A stretch of DNA of 64,000 nt, taken from assembly GCA_030295235.1 (NCBI GenBank), contig AP026131.1, forward strand, positions 1,302,001 to 1,366,000, read 5' to 3'. The DNA is from Fistulifera solaris. Taxonomy: Eukaryota. Position numbers and translations under genes: made by a program. The notes below the pieces were generated by a model. That model was not told the origin of the DNA. It was given only the letters and a program-made list of their open reading frames with translations, and ran no database searches. This document shows positions 1 through 11,045 of the stretch, piece after piece (within the stretch, counting starts at the first letter, position 1; every line of letters begins with the position of its first letter).

Positions 1-520
1 ATATCATCAAGAGATAAAGTCCGCGTTATTTTGTCTATAATCGTGTTTAAATAAATATCGTTATTTCACGTGTTGACAGCAGCGGCGAGGGTGACAGGAT
101 GACAGACAACGACGGAGACGAGCAACTTTTTTACAAAATGGTCGTGACTCAGAAGCCCCACATCCCAGGGCGTAGCCGTATTTTTTCTAGCAATAAGCAC
201 CAATAGTTATCATTTTGAAGAAATAGCAAATGAAAGACTAGAGACCCCCTAGCCCCTAGCTGGGTGCGGAGTCCTCGAGAGGAATCTGGAGTTTGGAAGG
301 TGTATAAACGTCATGAATTATCTCGTACACAATAAGGTTATACGGAATATTTCTCAACGCACGCGTGCTATACGGCAAGGTATACGGTACTTTGTATACT
401 ACTCCGTATTACGGTATGTAAAACTTCCGCATTGCAGCACTGACCATGACAATCACTATATCCCTTGGACGCCTTTGTTCGTTCATCATTGATCAACGAT
501 AGCTAACAAAGTTAGTAAAA

Positions 521-2706
521 ATGGGAAAGTCCGGCATTGGCTTTATCGAAAGTCACATCACGACGGTGCGGCACGGCGATACCTTCGAACGAACCTGCCG
601 CTACTGCCCCGCGACGCGGAAAAGCCAGCAATTGCAAGCGCCCCGCTGGGCGGTGCACTTTATTGAATGCGCCAATTGTCCGCGGGCAGTGAAAGTGGAA
701 GCCTATCAAAGGTATCCTGCCAGCAAGGAAGTGAAAGCGGCCGCAATTGCAGCCAACATTTTGTGCGAGACGACGGGAAAAATCATCGACCCTCATTCGC
801 AAGATGTTGCCTTGAGCATGGTGTCTTTGAGTGCGCCGCGCATCTCGGCCGCGAGAAAAGAGAGATCACCGGCGCCCAAGAAGCAAAAGACATTAATGGA
901 GGCCTATGATCAGAAATGTCCTCCAGCGCAAGCGGCACGCATCCGTGAAAAAGTTACGGCCTTTTTGATGGAAGCGGGCATTTCCATCAATGCCGTCGAA
1001 ACACCTTCGTTCGGTGAACTGCTGCAAGAGCTCAATCCGGACTTTGCTCCTTTGATGGTCCCGGCGCGGCAGTTGTTGCGTCAGGATTTGGTGCGCTATT
1101 CCGACCAGATTCGAGAGACCATCCAGTTGGCCATGACAAGACAGCCCGAAAAGTACACGACGCTAGGCATTGACAGTTTTGTCAATGAGAACGGGGATCA
1201 AGTGTACATCTTTACCGCCGCCAAAGGCGACAAAGTGTTGTTTGTGGATTGTGTCTACATGACCAAAGAATGGCAAAGTGAACAAGAAATCGCCCGCATC
1301 ATTCTGGCACAGCTCCGTGCCGTGGCGAATGGGCAACCGGTCGAGGCCGTCGTGGGAGGTTTCGTCTTCGATCCCACCAAAGTGGATCCAGCCGCTGGGA
1401 AAATCGTTCAAGAGGAGTTTTCCAAGTTGGTGGTTTCGGGATGCTGCACGCACGCGGCGGATCTTCTCGTGGAAGAGTTTGCCAAGATTCGCGTGATTCA
1501 GGAAACGGTGGAGGACGGTTTCTTTGTGGCCAAGTTTGTGAAAGAACACGATCGGGTCAAGATCCTGTACAAAGATCATTTGATCAAATTAGGCAAGGGA
1601 ACACCCCAGAATCCCACCGCCCACACGCGCTTCGCTTATTGCGATCATACTCTCAAGCATGTATTGGGGGAGAATTGCTGCAACATCAAAATTATGCGGA
1701 GTTTGATTTCGGATCCTGCGTGGGATGAGGTTGTCAGTACGATGGACCAAGACGAGGTATCGAAATTCGTCCGTTTGATCAAAGGAGCGGACAGTCATTC
1801 TTTCATGAAACGAGTTGATGCCGTGCAGATGCTTGCTTCGACAGTGGCTGTATTCATTGCGCATATCGAGAGACGCAGTCTTCGAGGAAGCTGGATCATT
1901 CCTCTCTTTGAGGCTTTCGAAAAGGATCTCTGGTACTGGCAAAATGAGCCTAGTGTTTCCCTCATCCTTGGGGTTGAGGCATGTGAGGCTGTCTTGACTG
2001 CCTTTTCCAGCAGATACAAAGGAGACGAGGACAGTGGTTTGAAAACAATTTACAACCAGGAGCTCTTACTTTCTACGATCTTGGATCCCTATACGTCAGC
2101 ACCGAGAGACGACTTGACTGCTATTGAGCCCAACTGGTTGAGAGACTGCCGAAGCGTCCTCGAACGATACTACGGCAGCGGTACAGCCGAAGCTCACGAA
2201 GCGGAATTTGAACTCATGGGATTAGTTGACTCGGTCACAGAGGGCCGAGGAATATTTGGGGAAAGTGCAATGCGTTTGCAGACTATGATTCGTCAAGGCG
2301 AGCAAGAAGAGTCAAACGGTTTGTACCATGTGAAGAGAATCGTGAAGCAGCAGTTGGCTATGCTCAGAGGGACGCCGGTCACAATTTGGCGGACAAGCTT
2401 TGCCATGGAGTTTCCAAGACTGGCTGAAATTATGGAGAGATTGCTACCACTCACCATTCAATCAGGTGATGTTGAGCGTTGCTGCCAATTAAACAAGCTT
2501 ATCCAAACAAAATGTGGAATCGCTTGCCCAAGGCCAGCTTCAAGATGCTCTTTGGTTGCCATGTCAATACGCGTCTTCAGCGATGGATGACCTCTTCCGT
2601 GAAAGGACGACCAGAGCTTGATGGGATGGATATGGCACCAATCAATGAGGGCTTTCTGTCAGAGCGAGCCATCGATTTGCTTGACGAGGATTCAGATGAA
2701 GATTAG
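521..2706 (+). CDS. hAT-family transposase-like protein (BED-like zinc finger, DUF659/RNase H-like core, hAT C-terminal dimerisation region); frameshift near 2510
   Basis: 689-aa ORF with CRYC...HFIEC N-terminus, TLGID, FVFD, CCTHAADL (CxxH) and FPRLAE...SGDVER motifs. A second frame ending at 2706 (WNRLP...) looks like the true C-terminus. No TIRs seen. Confidence 0.75.
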
Positions 2707-2958
2707 GTGAAAGTAACGTATCGACGAGTATTTGTAGGAGTAGTAACAATGTATCAAGAACTTCGTATCTCGTTTGAACTGTAGTTAGAAAGTCACAAAG
2801 CGCCTAAAACCATCAAAAAATCAAGCGAATAGCATGTCAGCGAACCTAATAAACCAGAACATAGAGCTGTAAAAGCAATGATAAGGATAATGATTATTCT
2901 GATTAATAATTAAACCAGGGCAATTTACACTTATCACGCTGCTCTAATTATCCAGTCC

Positions 2959-4417
2959 TCAACTTTGCGATTCTTGAAGGAGAGAATCCATAGCTTCTTT
3001 CAACGAACTCTCGCCTCCCAGTAATTCCATCAACGGAAAATCTTTCCAAGTGATCATTTCATAAAGTGTAATATATCTTCTCGCTAACTCCAATACCAAA
3101 TCACGCGGCGCCTCGGGAAGAACCTCGTCGTTGTAAGGATCGCAGTTCTCGCGAAACCACAATCGTAGAAATTCCTTATCAATATTGTCCGGTTCTTGTC
3201 CCAACGCCACTTTCTGCTGATAGGTACTTGCCAACCAATACCGAGACGAATCCGGTGTATGCACTTCATCAATCAATAAAATTTCCCCCGTTTCTTCGTC
3301 GCGACCGAATTCGTATTTGGTATCGACCAAGATCAATCCATGTTCCGAAGCAATCTTTTGTCCCAACGCAAAGACTTTGAGGGCGGCTTCCGCACAAACC
3401 TCCAAATCTTCCGCCGTCATCCATTGTTCATCCACGATTTCTTTCATAGAAATGGGACGATCATGTTCTTCTTCTTTCGTCGTGGGTGTCAAAAGATTGG
3501 TGGGCAGTTTCTGATTCTTCACCATGCCATCGGCCAATTCATGACCACAGTAATTGCGGACGCCGTTCTGGTAGTTGCTCCAAATGGAAGTCGATGTCGA
3601 TCCGGTCATGTAGGATCTGATTTTTATATGATTCAATCAGTAAGAACGCGGACTCATTTCATCAACAAAACAATGACAACAATCACACGTACCGCACGAC
3701 AAATTCAATCGGAAACGGTTTGCATTTGCGACACACACTGATATACGGATGCGGCACGGATACCAAATGATTCGGAATAATCGATCGAGTTTGTTCGAAC
3801 CAAAAGGCACTCGTCAAATTGAGGACGGCTCCCTTGAAGGGTACTTTGGCCAACATGCGATCAAATCCGGATTGTCGATCGGTCGTCACCAAGGCCAACA
3901 GCTGTTTGTCCGGAAGTTCGAACCGATCCCGGACTTTGCCGCGCATTGTACTTTGCAACGAATCGCCCGTGATTTGGAGGTGTTGATCGTAACAGGTGGC
4001 CATGGCGTTGGCATAGAACGGCGACGACGTCCGCAATTGCGCATCTTGCACAAGACGGGCTTGTCTGTTTTCCAAAGTGACTTGTTGTACGGTCTCACGC
4101 AAGACGGCCGAAGCCAACGAGCAGCATTTCGCAATGGCCAGTGCCGTTGTGGCGACATCGTTCGCCGACGACAAGGTAATAATGGGTGCCGTCGATTCGG
4201 TTTCCAGTATCGAAGTACTGGACGTGGAAGGACCCAAGACAACAAACAAAGACGGTTGATGTTCGGGCAAAAGCAAAAGACGATCGGCCGGTGTTTGCGT
4301 CGATCGAATCAACACGTGACGGAGTCCGAAGCGGGTCAGTAAAATGTCTCCGACGGCCAATGCGTACGTTTGTAAATCATGAGGAATGAGTAACAGAATG
4401 ACCGGCTCAGAAGACAT
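2959..4417 (-). CDS. purC: SAICAR synthetase with an N-terminal PurE-like extension; intron 3617-3692
   Basis: GKVRD, TDRQSGFD, TPTTK, LVDTKYEFG and DEVHTPDSSRYW motifs. The 76-nt GT-AG intron joins FVVR to SYMTGS in frame. Confidence 0.93.
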
Positions 4418-4783
4418 GTTGATTTTGTTTTGTTACAAAGAAAGATTGAAGGAAACAGAGCAACGGGGGTCATCCTCTTCTATACTTCTTTCTCGAACAA
4501 AACAGTTTCGTGGATGGCGGGGCGATGCTCTTTTTCGTTTTTTCGTCCGCGCCATTTTTGCGGTTCGCGGAAAACGATTCGCACGGACGCCCGCCAGACG
4601 CAGATGAACTGTAGATTACGCATCTTTCGTGACTGAAAATCGGCAGGAAAGGGGACTCAATGCCTTTCGATAATAAACAAAATGCCGCTATATAACTTTT
4701 CCGAAACCAAACTCTGCATTCTTATCCATCGTTTCCATTTCCATTATTTAATCTTCTTTTCAATTGCTATTCATTCTGCTCTC

Positions 4784-5062
4784 ATGCAATACCGCGTCAC
4801 TGTCCCCGAGGGTGTCGATGGAGGACACGTGGTGTCCGTCAATGCCGAAGGCACCCAATTCCAAGTTCGCGTGCCTCCCGACGTCCGCCCCGGAGAATCG
4901 TTTTTGTTTTCGGTCGAAAAGCCGCATACTTTGATTCTATTTCACAATGTTCAAGATTTGGGGATTGCCCTCGGTTTGGGAGGCGCGATTGGTTTGGCGA
5001 TTGTGGTGGGATTTGTTTTGGGGGTATTGTTTGTCACCGAACCCTTGTCGCCTCCGATATGA
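4784..5062 (+). CDS. Small protein with two VPxxVxxG repeats and a C-terminal transmembrane helix
   Basis: MQYRVTVPEGVDGG...VRVPPDVRPGESF followed by hydrophobic LGIALGLGGAIGLAIVVGFVLGVLFV. Confidence 0.6.
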   Translation: MQYRVTVPEGVDGGHVVSVNAEGTQFQVRVPPDVRPGESFLFSVEKPHTLILFHNVQDLGIALGLGGAIGLAIVVGFVLGVLFVTEPLSPPI

Positions 5063-5143
5063 CGAAACGAGGCAAAGTGATGGTACAGTGAAGGGAATTG
5101 CTACCCTTAATAAAAATGATACAATAGAAGAAACTTTCTCTAT

Positions 5144-6151
5144 TTATTTTTTCGCGCTATGACTTATGACTGCCACCGAACCACTGCGAAACGCCCGTAC
5201 TTGAACGGCAGCAAATTGCAAGTCGTCTTCCAAATAAAGCTTCCACTGTGTAACCTGTTCGTGCGCATACTCCAACAACGCGCCCTCATCGACTTCAATA
5301 CAAACACGATTTTGCGCCAACAAACGAACCCGCACATTGCACGTTTCATTGAACAACGCGTGCATGGCCAACTGCTGTCGGACAAAGCGTTCGGCTCGTT
5401 CGATGCGTTGTAGATGATCGCGCGTGGCGGGCACCCCCAAGGCCAACCGCGATCGCAAACACGGACTCGCGGCATAATTCCAATTCAACAAACCGCAATG
5501 TCGGGCCGCCAGTCTCACTTGTTCTTTGTTGATATGCAACAGTGGCGACTGGACACGAAACTGTTGGGCCGCGATTAATCCGACCCGAGTCGGATCGTTC
5601 GTGTCATCGGCGTTCGTCCCATTGTACAATTGGACCGCTTCTTGATCGACGGACGCATACACCGCTTGTAACGTCGAATAGAGGTGCGTTTTACACGCGA
5701 AACACGCCTGACCGGCATTTTGGATATACATTGGATCACTCCCTTCGTTTGTCTCGACCATTTGCAGAGGTATTCCAATTTGGGCGGCGACACGGACGGC
5801 CAACTCACGTTGTTCGGCCGGGACGGCCGCCGAGAGTCCTAAGATGGCCCGCGCTTGCGGGGCGATGCGGTGTACTAACGCTGCCGTCAGGGACGAGTCG
5901 ACGCCACCGGAAAAGGCAATGACATGATGATGCTGTGCGGAAGTGTCTTGTATCAAGGATGCCGTGTGTTCGAGTAAGGAATCGACCAATGCGGTCGCTT
6001 GTTGTGTGTCGTATGAAGTATGCTGTGAAGTATGATGATGTGTCGTAATTTCCACTTGGCTGGAGAACGACCTCTGCAACACAGTCCTTTTACGATGGCA
6101 CGGCAGGAGTGAAGAATGTGCAAGCCTTGCAATCACATGATGGCTTCGCAT
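5144..6151 (-). CDS. larE: LarE-like ATP-dependent sulfur transferase (PP-loop) with a probable mitochondrial presequence
   Basis: AFSGGVDS PP-loop, CFACK, NGTNADD...RVGLIAA, SPL and ASPCLRSR motifs. N-terminus is Arg/Ser-rich and free of acidic residues, ending RSFSS. Confidence 0.85.
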   Translation of the reverse strand: MRSHHVIARLAHSSLLPCHRKRTVLQRSFSSQVEITTHHHTSQHTSYDTQQATALVDSLLEHTASLIQDTSAQHHHVIAFSGGVDSSLTAALVHRIAPQARAILGLSAAVPAEQRELAVRVAAQIGIPLQMVETNEGSDPMYIQNAGQACFACKTHLYSTLQAVYASVDQEAVQLYNGTNADDTNDPTRVGLIAAQQFRVQSPLLHINKEQVRLAARHCGLLNWNYAASPCLRSRLALGVPATRDHLQRIERAERFVRQQLAMHALFNETCNVRVRLLAQNRVCIEVDEGALLEYAHEQVTQWKLYLEDDLQFAAVQVRAFRSGSVAVISHSAKK

Positions 6152-6613
6152 GTTCTACTACTCTAGTGATACAGTCTTGGATTATTTTCTATCACGGCTT
6201 GACAGCTCTCTTAGAGTCGTAAGAGTTCTCGTTGCGATGAATCGTACTATTATATTTCGTCTTCATTATTATGTATGGTCATCGTCGCGCTGTGTTGGCG
6301 GTTTGGCGCAATGAGAAAACGTTTCGTCGCGCGCGGCGAGGGCGGAAAAGTAGGGGCCCGTGACTAATTGATCCGGGAACGAGATGGAAAAGATGATGAC
6401 TTTCGTGATCCGATGTTATCGGGAATGGCTCATCACCTCACTTTTTATTATTCATTCCTTCAAACAATACTCCGTTATAATGACGCGTTTTCAATAACTA
6501 ATACCATCAAACAAAAATATATAAGACTATTTATTCGTATTATCAAGCGTGCCAAGTTACTGAAGTCGATATTACACAGCATACGTTCGACGGAAAACGC
6601 TCGAGTCAATGAA

Positions 6614-9379
6614 TTAAAAATGGTACGCCTCATCACGGATACTCCTTCGCCCGATGATTCGTCCTTGTCGGCGACACAACCAAAACCGATCGGTGCGGGT
6701 GCAAGTGAGTCGATGATTTTGACATTCGAGGGAAGATCGAGGCGCCCGATTGCACGATTGACACGTCGCGCGCGTCACACTGACCCATTTGCAATACGAT
6801 GCCACACAATTCACACCGAGCGACACGCCATTGACGACAGTTCCGCAGTTGCCTCCCAACGGAATCAGCGGAGTGGTCGGAACCGGTGCGGGTGCGGGAA
6901 CCGGCACCGGTACGGGCACGGGCACTGGAACCGGTAGGGGAACTGGAACAGGGACAGGAACTGGTAGAGGTGCTGGGACCGGAACAGGCACTGGAACCGG
7001 CAAAGGGACCGGTAGGGGTGCTGGTACGGGCACTGGAACCGGAACTGGAACCGGAACAGGTGCGGAACACTCGTTGGTGCAAAGACCTCCGTTGCCAGGT
7101 CCACCATGGACGGGGCAAAAGCCGGCTTGACAGTCGCATTGGCAGGTCTCCAAGTTGAAATACTGACCCCAGCCTTCACACCTGTATTTGGGAGCCGGTG
7201 GTAAACAACGAAACATGTCCGCCCGACTCTTGCAGGTCTTGGGGACATATTGTGACTTGGGGACCGGATTGGCCATCCATTCGAGCAAATCCATGTTGGT
7301 GACAAAATAGACATCATTGTACGTGGCCATGGTCTGCTCGATCCACTGTTTGAGAGCGGCGCCGTTGGTCTTGAGCCACGACTCGTGCAAGTAAATGCCA
7401 AAGGGTGCCCGGTTGCCGTGGTAGCGGCGCTCAAAATTCTGCTGCACATCTTTCGTAAACGTTGGGTAATCCATAATGTCGTATATCATCGTGTCATTCT
7501 GATCGAACCAACGATACATGGGAATTTCCCACATGCCCGGATACGGTTGGTTGATGCATCGACCGTCGCAGTTGATGCTGCCGGTGAATCCATTCTCTAA
7601 CGTAAAGGGCCACGTGTTGTTGACTCCAAAGCCAGAATCCGCATGATCACCGGGGATCAATGTGGTATCGTAAATGACGTTGAGTTGGTTCAAGTTCACA
7701 AATGTCGTGCTGTCAAAGTCCAAGTACGGCGTGCGGAATCCCGTCACTTCCGACGCCGGCACACCGCACGCGACCAACTGATCCATGGCGCTCTTGATCT
7801 CCGCCAACGTCGGCTTTCCCGTGTGCAAGCCGGTATGATGGCCGTGTTCGACGGCTCCCGTGTTGTACATGAATTTGACGGCATCGCATATGGTCCAGTC
7901 AAACGACGTAAACAGCGTGATGCGTGGTGGACATCCGCGGCTGTCCTCAATGTCGAGAATGTATTTCTTGTACTCGACAAACTTTTCTTCCGTTAATCCA
8001 TCGTCGAAACTTAGAGTAATAAATTGTGGGATATCTTTGGTGTCCATAATGTGTTTGAATGGAAATCGAGACGCAGGGACTACCGCAGATGAAACAGGAG
8101 TCGGAGCCGAAGGAACATGGGGTGCCGAGGGAACTGGTGCCGGTGCCGAAGGAACCGGGGCTGGTGCGGAAGGAACCGGAGCGGGTGCCGAGGGAACGGG
8201 CACTGGCGCAGGAGGTGTGGGAGCTGGGCAATTCGAATCATCGCATGAGCCTCCATTGTCGGGCCCACCGTTAATTGGGCAAAATCCGGGTTTGCAGTCG
8301 CATTTGCATGTTTCAAAATTGAAATGTTGTCCATTGTGAACACACTGGTAGGACGGTCCTGGAGGGAGACAACCAAACATCTCCTCTCTAGTCTTGCAAC
8401 TTTTGGGTACGTAGTGCGATTTGGGGACAGGGTTCGTCATCCATTCGATCAAGTCCATATTTGTGACAAAGTAGACGTCATTGTAAGTTGCCAAGGTCTG
8501 TTCAATCCATTGTTTGAGATCGGCACCATGGGTTTTTTCTCGGAACCAAGGTTCATGCAGATAGATTCCAAAGGGTGCGCGGTTTCCGTAATAGCGGCGC
8601 TCAAACATCTGCTGAACCTCCGAGGCGAAGGTCGGGTAATCCATGCCATCCAGCACGCTGTTATTGCTGCCGTACCAGCGATACATCGGGATTTCCCACA
8701 AGTCGGGGTACGATTGGTTGATGCATCTACCGCCGCAATTGATACTTCCCGTGAATCCGTTTTCCAGCGTAAATGGCCACGTGTTGTTCACTCCGTATCC
8801 CGACTCAATATCATCATGTTGAATTAAAGTTGAGTCGTAAATAACTTTCAGTTCCACAAGATGCGAGAAGGTATGGGTGTCAAATTCTAAGTAGGGGGCG
8901 CGAAAACCAGTGAGTTTCGAAGCCGGTACTCCGCAAGCAATCAACTGATCCATCGCGCTCTTGATCTCCTCGATCGGCGGCTTTCCCTTGTGTGTTCCTG
9001 TATGGTGGCCCTGTTCCACGGCACCAGTGTTGTACATGAATCTGATGGCATCGCATTGCGTCCAGTCGAAGGAAGTGAAAAGTGTCATGCGCGGCGGACA
9101 GCCTCGGCTGTCCTGAATGTCGAGAATGTATTTCTTGTAGGTGGCGAACTTTTCAGCCGTAACACCATCGTCTGAAGTTATAGTGATAAATTGAGGTAGG
9201 TTGTTGGTCTCGATGATATCTTTGAATGGAAAGCGCGAGGGAGGAAACACCGCCTGAAATGGATGGAAAAGTGAGCACAATCCGATCGCATGGTACCATT
9301 CAGTTGTGATCAATTTACTCACGGCGTTCCCTCCAATTGAGGAAGCTATCAAAGAGGTCAAAAGTCTGTAGAGCTTCAT
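6614..9379 (-). CDS. Secreted tandem CE4 polysaccharide/chitin deacetylase (two NodB-type domains, Cys-rich modules, Pro-rich linkers); probable in-frame intron 9254-9322
   Basis: Signal peptide. Two copies of T(S/F)DDG-like, HHTGxH, R(A/T)PY, D(S/T)T and YLH motifs. The 69-nt GTGAGT...TTTCAG segment interrupts the signal-peptide junction. Confidence 0.88.
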   Translation of the reverse strand: MKLYRLLTSLIASSIGGNAVSKLITTEWYHAIGLCSLFHPFQAVFPPSRFPFKDIIETNNLPQFITITSDDGVTAEKFATYKKYILDIQDSRGCPPRMTLFTSFDWTQCDAIRFMYNTGAVEQGHHTGTHKGKPPIEEIKSAMDQLIACGVPASKLTGFRAPYLEFDTHTFSHLVELKVIYDSTLIQHDDIESGYGVNNTWPFTLENGFTGSINCGGRCINQSYPDLWEIPMYRWYGSNNSVLDGMDYPTFASEVQQMFERRYYGNRAPFGIYLHEPWFREKTHGADLKQWIEQTLATYNDVYFVTNMDLIEWMTNPVPKSHYVPKSCKTREEMFGCLPPGPSYQCVHNGQHFNFETCKCDCKPGFCPINGGPDNGGSCDDSNCPAPTPPAPVPVPSAPAPVPSAPAPVPSAPAPVPSAPHVPSAPTPVSSAVVPASRFPFKHIMDTKDIPQFITLSFDDGLTEEKFVEYKKYILDIEDSRGCPPRITLFTSFDWTICDAVKFMYNTGAVEHGHHTGLHTGKPTLAEIKSAMDQLVACGVPASEVTGFRTPYLDFDSTTFVNLNQLNVIYDTTLIPGDHADSGFGVNNTWPFTLENGFTGSINCDGRCINQPYPGMWEIPMYRWFDQNDTMIYDIMDYPTFTKDVQQNFERRYHGNRAPFGIYLHESWLKTNGAALKQWIEQTMATYNDVYFVTNMDLLEWMANPVPKSQYVPKTCKSRADMFRCLPPAPKYRCEGWGQYFNLETCQCDCQAGFCPVHGGPGNGGLCTNECSAPVPVPVPVPVPVPAPLPVPLPVPVPVPVPAPLPVPVPVPVPLPVPVPVPVPVPVPAPAPVPTTPLIPLGGNCGTVVNGVSLGVNCVASYCKWVSVTRATCQSCNRAPRSSLECQNHRLTCTRTDRFWLCRRQGRIIGRRSIRDEAYHF
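6880..7065 (-). repeat. Coding 6-bp repeat encoding a (Val-Pro)n rod
   Basis: Repeated GGAACC/GGCACT-type units translate as PVPVPVPVP... Confidence 0.9.
8090..8225 (-). repeat. Coding 21-bp repeat encoding PVPSAPA heptads between the two CE4 domains
   Basis: About five PVPSAPA-like units in the translation. Confidence 0.85.
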
Positions 9380-11045
9380 TGTCTGCTATTCGATTCAAAA
9401 AAGTAGTTAAACAATAATGAAGTCAACAAATTTTGCGTTGTTGTTTTGGTTGGTCGCTCTTCGCGCAAGCAAAAGGATGAAGCATGAAGCTCGCATCTCG
9501 GATTGCTGATTCGAGCGGGTTTCTACTTACTCCTATGATGATTCGAGATCCAAAATATCCAAACTTATAACTCATCCGAATTGATGTACTGCCTACTGCT
9601 TACTTCTTTGTACAATTTAGTGTTAAATAATATCCAGTAACCATTAAAGAGTAAAGACGTTAAGTCGACATTTCTTTTACCATAAGGGTATGGGGTATGG
9701 GTATGGTAAATGGTACGGAGTAAATGAAATGGTAAATGGTACTGTACCAGGTAGTCTAGAGGTCTATGCAGCTTTTCGTACTACGTAGATCATACGATAC
9801 TTCCGATAATTGCCTTCTACTTCTACTTTGATATTATTCATCCGATTTCCGATTCCCGATTCGGCGTTCCAACTTCCAACCACCATTTACTCATTACTCA
9901 TGTTCCAACTTCTACTTAGCAAAGTACAAGCAGCGTTTCTGAGTATATATGCCCCTTTGTCAATTCTAATAGCCCGGACGAAGTAGTGGTATGTGCCCGT
10001 GGACCTCACTGAAACTTAGTTCCCGTTCGTGATTAACGCGATCCAGCAATGGAAGATGCAATGCTGCCTTCAGCTTGCAGCGAGCTCTGTAATAAACTCG
10101 AGGAACAGGGAATAGAAATCTCTCTCTACTCTCTAGATAGTGGATAGTGGAGAGAGGAGTGGGCAACAAGCAACAAGTGGGCATTTGTTATGATTATTAT
10201 TTAACTCATCCAGCTGTCAGCAATCAGCAAACGATGACCATTGTCTGTTCGTAGGAACGTTTCATGTTTCATTCGTTTCATTGGCAATTGGCGCTGGGCT
10301 CTTTGCTTCCGGTTTCTGCGTCATGGTGTTAGCCTTCGACATAACTAATAATCAGGGGTTCTGAGTTCTGAGCAGTTTTTGACAGGGGTTAAGTGGGCGG
10401 CAAAGATCACGCAATAAAGATAGACAAGTGTTCGTCTAGCTAGAGTCTCTAGTCTAGAGTCTAGAGAGCTAGAGAATGGGTGTATTCTCCTCGAACAAGA
10501 AGTAGACTAGAGAGTCTAGATTTGAAACCGTGGTCGACACGCACACACACACACCGCGCTCATCATTATGGTACCCGCATAAAGCATAAAATCAGCTAGG
10601 GACTGAACTCGTGACTAGTCCAACCATTTGGCACCGAACCGAAAACCTTGCACAGAAGATGATGTGCACCAACATGAATTGAAATGGACGGTAGGTGTTC
10701 GTAGCTAAAGCAAAAGTGCAGGCGCTGATACCAGGATCGGTGCTGTAGGCTTTGAAAAGAGAAGGGACGACAGGTAGCTCCACTAAAGATGAGCGATATA
10801 CTGTAGATATTGTCACTAAAGCCGGGGCACCGATTGAAATAATCACACACGACTCTCGAATTACGAAAGTCTAAGACCTGGCTTTGTTAAAGTTGATGAA
10901 ATGGAATGGGGCCGGGGCAATGCCTAATGCTACTCTAAGCTTTGCAGACAAGACAAACGGCTATTAATCGAACGTCAGTGCCAGCCCGCCTCTTAAGTTT
11001 TACGAATGCTAGTTATGTCAGGATACGGTAAAAGTGATTTAGTGT

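Noticed and set aside
2959..6151. PurE-like domain near larE as a LarB/LarE operon-like pair
   Set aside because: The PurE-like domain is fused to PurC and lacks recognisable LarB motifs; proximity is probably coincidental.
10530..10575. (AC)n followed by CGCGCT, resembling the Helitron 5' region
   Set aside because: No matching TC terminus or partner 3' end was found.
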